From assembly GCA_963727135.1 (NCBI GenBank), contig CAVSEX010000003.1, positions 430,349-494,348 of the forward strand: 64,000 bases of DNA, read 5' to 3'. Shown here in pieces: positions 61,516 to 64,000 of this stretch. This stretch comes from an uncultured Actinomycetota bacterium (GTDB lineage Bacteria > Actinomycetota > Actinomycetes > Propionibacteriales > Nocardioidaceae). The notes under the pieces are model-generated. The model searched no databases. It was not told the DNA's origin and saw only the letters and a program-made list of their open reading frames with translations. The translations under genes and the position numbers were made by a program. How positions within the stretch are numbered: the first letter of the stretch is position 1; each line of letters starts with the position of its first letter.

Positions 61516-63888
61516 ATGCCCGCGACCACCAGCTTGTTCGACTACATCTTGCAACTGCTCGCGAACCCCGCGCTCGCCCAGTCGTTCCTGTCCGACCCGG
61601 ACGGAACGATCGACGGGATCGACCTGAACCAGGTCGACATCACCGTCGTTGCCTCGGAGATCAACAACGCTGCCTCGCTGCTGAACTCCAGTGGCGTGGC
61701 ATCGATCGCGATTCCCGCGCTCATCCCGGGCCTGACGGCCGGGGCGCTCCTGGACAGCTTCGTGACGAGCTTCTACGCCGATCACCCCATCACGAGCAAC
61801 GTGTGGACCGAGGACGAGGTGACTCAGGCCTTCGCAGGTCCTGGTGGGGTCGCGATCGCCGGTGAGGAAGTCGAAGAGGTGACTGCGGCTACTGGCGGCT
61901 CGATCGCCGTGGGTGGCGAAGTCGAGGACAGCGGCATCGCGAACGCGGGCAGTGTCGCCGCAGGTGACGAGATCGAGTTCGAGGAGAACGGCGACATCAC
62001 CATCGGCAACGGCAACATCGAGATCAACGGCAATGGCAACGACGTGGTCGGTGGCGACCAGATCAACCTCGATGACTCGCCCGGCTCCAACGTCGCCACC
62101 AACGGCTCGGTGATCCAGGAGGCCGAGAATGGCGGCCAGAACGCCCTCAACGGCAACGCCATCGATGAGTCGAACATCGCCGGCGACGACCTCGCCATCG
62201 CTGACAACCTGGGCACCGCAGTGGCCGCCGACGGCAATGTGGCCATTGGCACTGACTCGGTCGCGACCGATGGCCCGGTGGCCGATGGCCCGTACGCGCA
62301 GGCGGCCGGCGAGGACAGCAACCTGGTCAAGGACGACGACAACTTCACCCCGGCGATCACCCTGTCCGCACCGGTGACGCTCGCTCCGATCACCCAGACC
62401 ACCGGCTTGGCGACTACCGGTGCCAGCGGCTCGAGCGGCGCAGGCGGAACCGGCGGGTCCACTGGCGACGGCGGCGCAGGAGGCGAGGGCGGCTCCGGTG
62501 CCAACGGTGCCGCCGGCACGGGTGCGGCCGGCGGAGCCGCGACGAGTGGTTCGGCCACGGGTGGTAATGCCACCGGTGGTGCCGCCACTACTGGTGATGG
62601 CGGTGCCGGTGGTGACGGCGGCGACGGCAATGGTCTCGACGCCACCGGCGGCCCCGGTGCTCCCGGCGCTTCCAGCGGTCCTGCCACGGGTGGTTCCGCG
62701 ACGGGTGGCAGTGCCACGAGCGGCGAAACGGCGGGTGGCACGGGCGGTGCTGGCGGGGGTGGTGCCGGCGGTGCTGGTGCAGCTGGTGGCACCGGAGGCG
62801 AATCCGGCGCAGGCGGCGCAGCTGGTTCCAGTGGCTACACCGGTGACACCGGGGACGCGACCACTGGCGACAACGTCGCGACCGTGGACGTGACCGTCAA
62901 CCTCGGCGACATCGACATCGACTTCGACGACTCCGACGCCCTGTCCGCAGGCAACCAGTCCAATGCCGCCGGCGACGGCGCCTTGATCGCCAGTGGCGCG
63001 GTGATCGTGTCGCAGGACAACGACGCGCTGGGCATCAGCTTCGGCGACGTCGCCGCTGGTAGCGGCGGTGCCGGTGGCGGCGCGATCGGTGACGGCGGTA
63101 CCGGCGGTGACGGCGACGCCGGCGGTGCCGGTGGAGCCGCCGGCGCCAGTGGAGCCAACGGTGGCGGTGGAGCCGGCGGGTCCGGTGGGACCGGCGGTGC
63201 CGGGGTCGGTGGCGCCAGCGGTGCCGCGACAGGTCTGGGTCTCACTGGTCCTGGTGGTGCAGGCACCGGTGGAGTCGGCGGTGCAGGTGCAGCCGGCGGT
63301 CAGGGCCTTGGACTCAGCGGTTCTGGTGGAGCCGGCGGTGCCGGTGGAGCCGGTGGATTCGGTGGAGCCGGTGGAGCCGGTCCGGTCGGTGGAGCCGGCG
63401 GTGCCGGTGGCGGTGCCTCCATCACCAACAACGGTGCGCTGACCGTGTCCGTCGACTCGAACTCGGCTGTCGGCATCGCGAATGTCGCCGCAGACGACCA
63501 GTCGGTCGCCGCGGGCATCGGTGGTGCCGCAGCCGGTTACGCCGGCGGCGACGCCCAGGCCGGTGTCGGTTCGCAGGTCTCGGACAACGGCAGCCTCAAC
63601 GCCGGCGACAACGGCGTCCTGGGCAACCAGGGCATCGCGGGCGACGGGAACACCATCGCCTACACCGGCGCCGGGGACGCAGCCGTGGCCGGCAGTGGAG
63701 ACATCGCTCAGGGTGACGGTTTCGTCGCCGGTGGCGACGGGTTCGACGACAATGCGCTCGTCACGTACGACGATTCATTCATCGAGGACAGCAACATCAC
63801 CCACGGTGACGTGTCGCCGATCGTCTCGGCCGTCGATGACTCCGAGATCGAGGATGTCGAGTTCGAGAACGACATCGATATCGACTGA
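61516..63888 (+). CDS. IniB N-terminal domain protein with acidic repeats and two long Gly/Ala (PGRS-like) blocks
   Basis: AAGGAG 8 nt upstream of ATG 61516. N-terminus MPATTSLFDYILQLLANPALAQSFLSDPDG resembles mycobacterial IniB. 790 aa, extremely acidic, Gly/Ala/Asp/Asn/Thr-rich. Confidence 0.8.
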   Translation: MPATTSLFDYILQLLANPALAQSFLSDPDGTIDGIDLNQVDITVVASEINNAASLLNSSGVASIAIPALIPGLTAGALLDSFVTSFYADHPITSNVWTEDEVTQAFAGPGGVAIAGEEVEEVTAATGGSIAVGGEVEDSGIANAGSVAAGDEIEFEENGDITIGNGNIEINGNGNDVVGGDQINLDDSPGSNVATNGSVIQEAENGGQNALNGNAIDESNIAGDDLAIADNLGTAVAADGNVAIGTDSVATDGPVADGPYAQAAGEDSNLVKDDDNFTPAITLSAPVTLAPITQTTGLATTGASGSSGAGGTGGSTGDGGAGGEGGSGANGAAGTGAAGGAATSGSATGGNATGGAATTGDGGAGGDGGDGNGLDATGGPGAPGASSGPATGGSATGGSATSGETAGGTGGAGGGGAGGAGAAGGTGGESGAGGAAGSSGYTGDTGDATTGDNVATVDVTVNLGDIDIDFDDSDALSAGNQSNAAGDGALIASGAVIVSQDNDALGISFGDVAAGSGGAGGGAIGDGGTGGDGDAGGAGGAAGASGANGGGGAGGSGGTGGAGVGGASGAATGLGLTGPGGAGTGGVGGAGAAGGQGLGLSGSGGAGGAGGAGGFGGAGGAGPVGGAGGAGGGASITNNGALTVSVDSNSAVGIANVAADDQSVAAGIGGAAAGYAGGDAQAGVGSQVSDNGSLNAGDNGVLGNQGIAGDGNTIAYTGAGDAAVAGSGDIAQGDGFVAGGDGFDDNALVTYDDSFIEDSNITHGDVSPIVSAVDDSEIEDVEFENDIDID

Positions 63889-63897
63889 GCAGCATGC

Positions 63898-63940
63898 ACG
63901 AAGGATCCCCCGGCTCCACGTGAGTCGGGGGATCCTTCGT
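63898..63940 (+). terminator. Strong hairpin downstream of the IniB-like gene
   Basis: Perfect 15-bp inverted repeat ACGAAGGATCCCCCG (63898-63912) / CGGGGGATCCTTCGT (63926-63940), 13-nt loop, starting 10 nt after the stop. The downstream T-tract is weak (TTCATC). Confidence 0.55.
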
Positions 63941-64000
63941 TCATCGAACTTCGATAACGTCTCTCCCATGACGGATCCTGAAGCGCCGAAGCGCCGCTAC

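Noticed and set aside
61824-62792. 322-aa Pro/Ala-rich minus-strand ORF (and 62835..63266, 63300..63518) opposite the Gly-rich blocks of the IniB-like gene
   Set aside because: GGN Gly codons read as NCC Pro codons on the opposite strand. This is an automatic consequence of the repeat, with no start/RBS support. The plus-strand ORF has an RBS, a conserved N-terminal domain and a terminator.
63967-64000. ATG at 63967 opening an ORF (MTDPEAPKRRY...) that runs off the window
   Set aside because: Only 11 codons are visible. There is no way to judge coding potential or identity, so it is not reported as a feature.

Overview
High-GC actinobacterial chromosome segment centred on the replication origin; gene order resembles what I recall for Streptomyces. 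Leftward on the minus strand: dnaA, oriC (DnaA-box cluster), dnaN, gnd, recF, DUF721/DciA, gyrB, gyrA, a DUF3566 gene, tRNA-Ile, a small DLW-39-like ORF and tRNA-Ala. Rightward on the plus strand: rpmH-rnpA-yidD-yidC-jag-rsmG-parA-parB with two parS sites. Next come trxA/trxB, a pseudokinase-MurJ-DUF6049 cell-wall block, cca, TetR, ino1-PadR, a class A PBP, and a FemX gene coupled to an alanine-racemase-like gene. After that: several small genes of unknown function, an ATP-grasp/alpha-E/transglutaminase triad, an adenylate cyclase, rpsF-ssb-rpsR-rplI, dnaB, DedA, and a LuxR regulator divergent from a 790-aa IniB-N-terminal-domain glycine-rich protein. The left end carries an ABC ATPase fragment, a two-component system and assorted enzymes. 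I saw no CRISPR array, IS element, integrase, rRNA or recognisable defence system; this is mostly core housekeeping DNA. Items worth a second look: (1) the LuxR / IniB-like PGRS-like locus; (2) the uncharacterised ATP-grasp/alpha-E/transglutaminase module; (3) the FemX / Alr-like pair in which the racemase Tyr appears lost; (4) an apparent -1 frame break in the DUF3566 gene after gyrA; (5) a DnaA-box-like / TGTGCACA cluster upstream of dnaB. Many long ORFs in the track are antisense or out-of-frame shadows typical of high-GC DNA and were rejected. Start codons were refined by eye using RBS and overlap logic and remain uncertain by a few codons in several genes.
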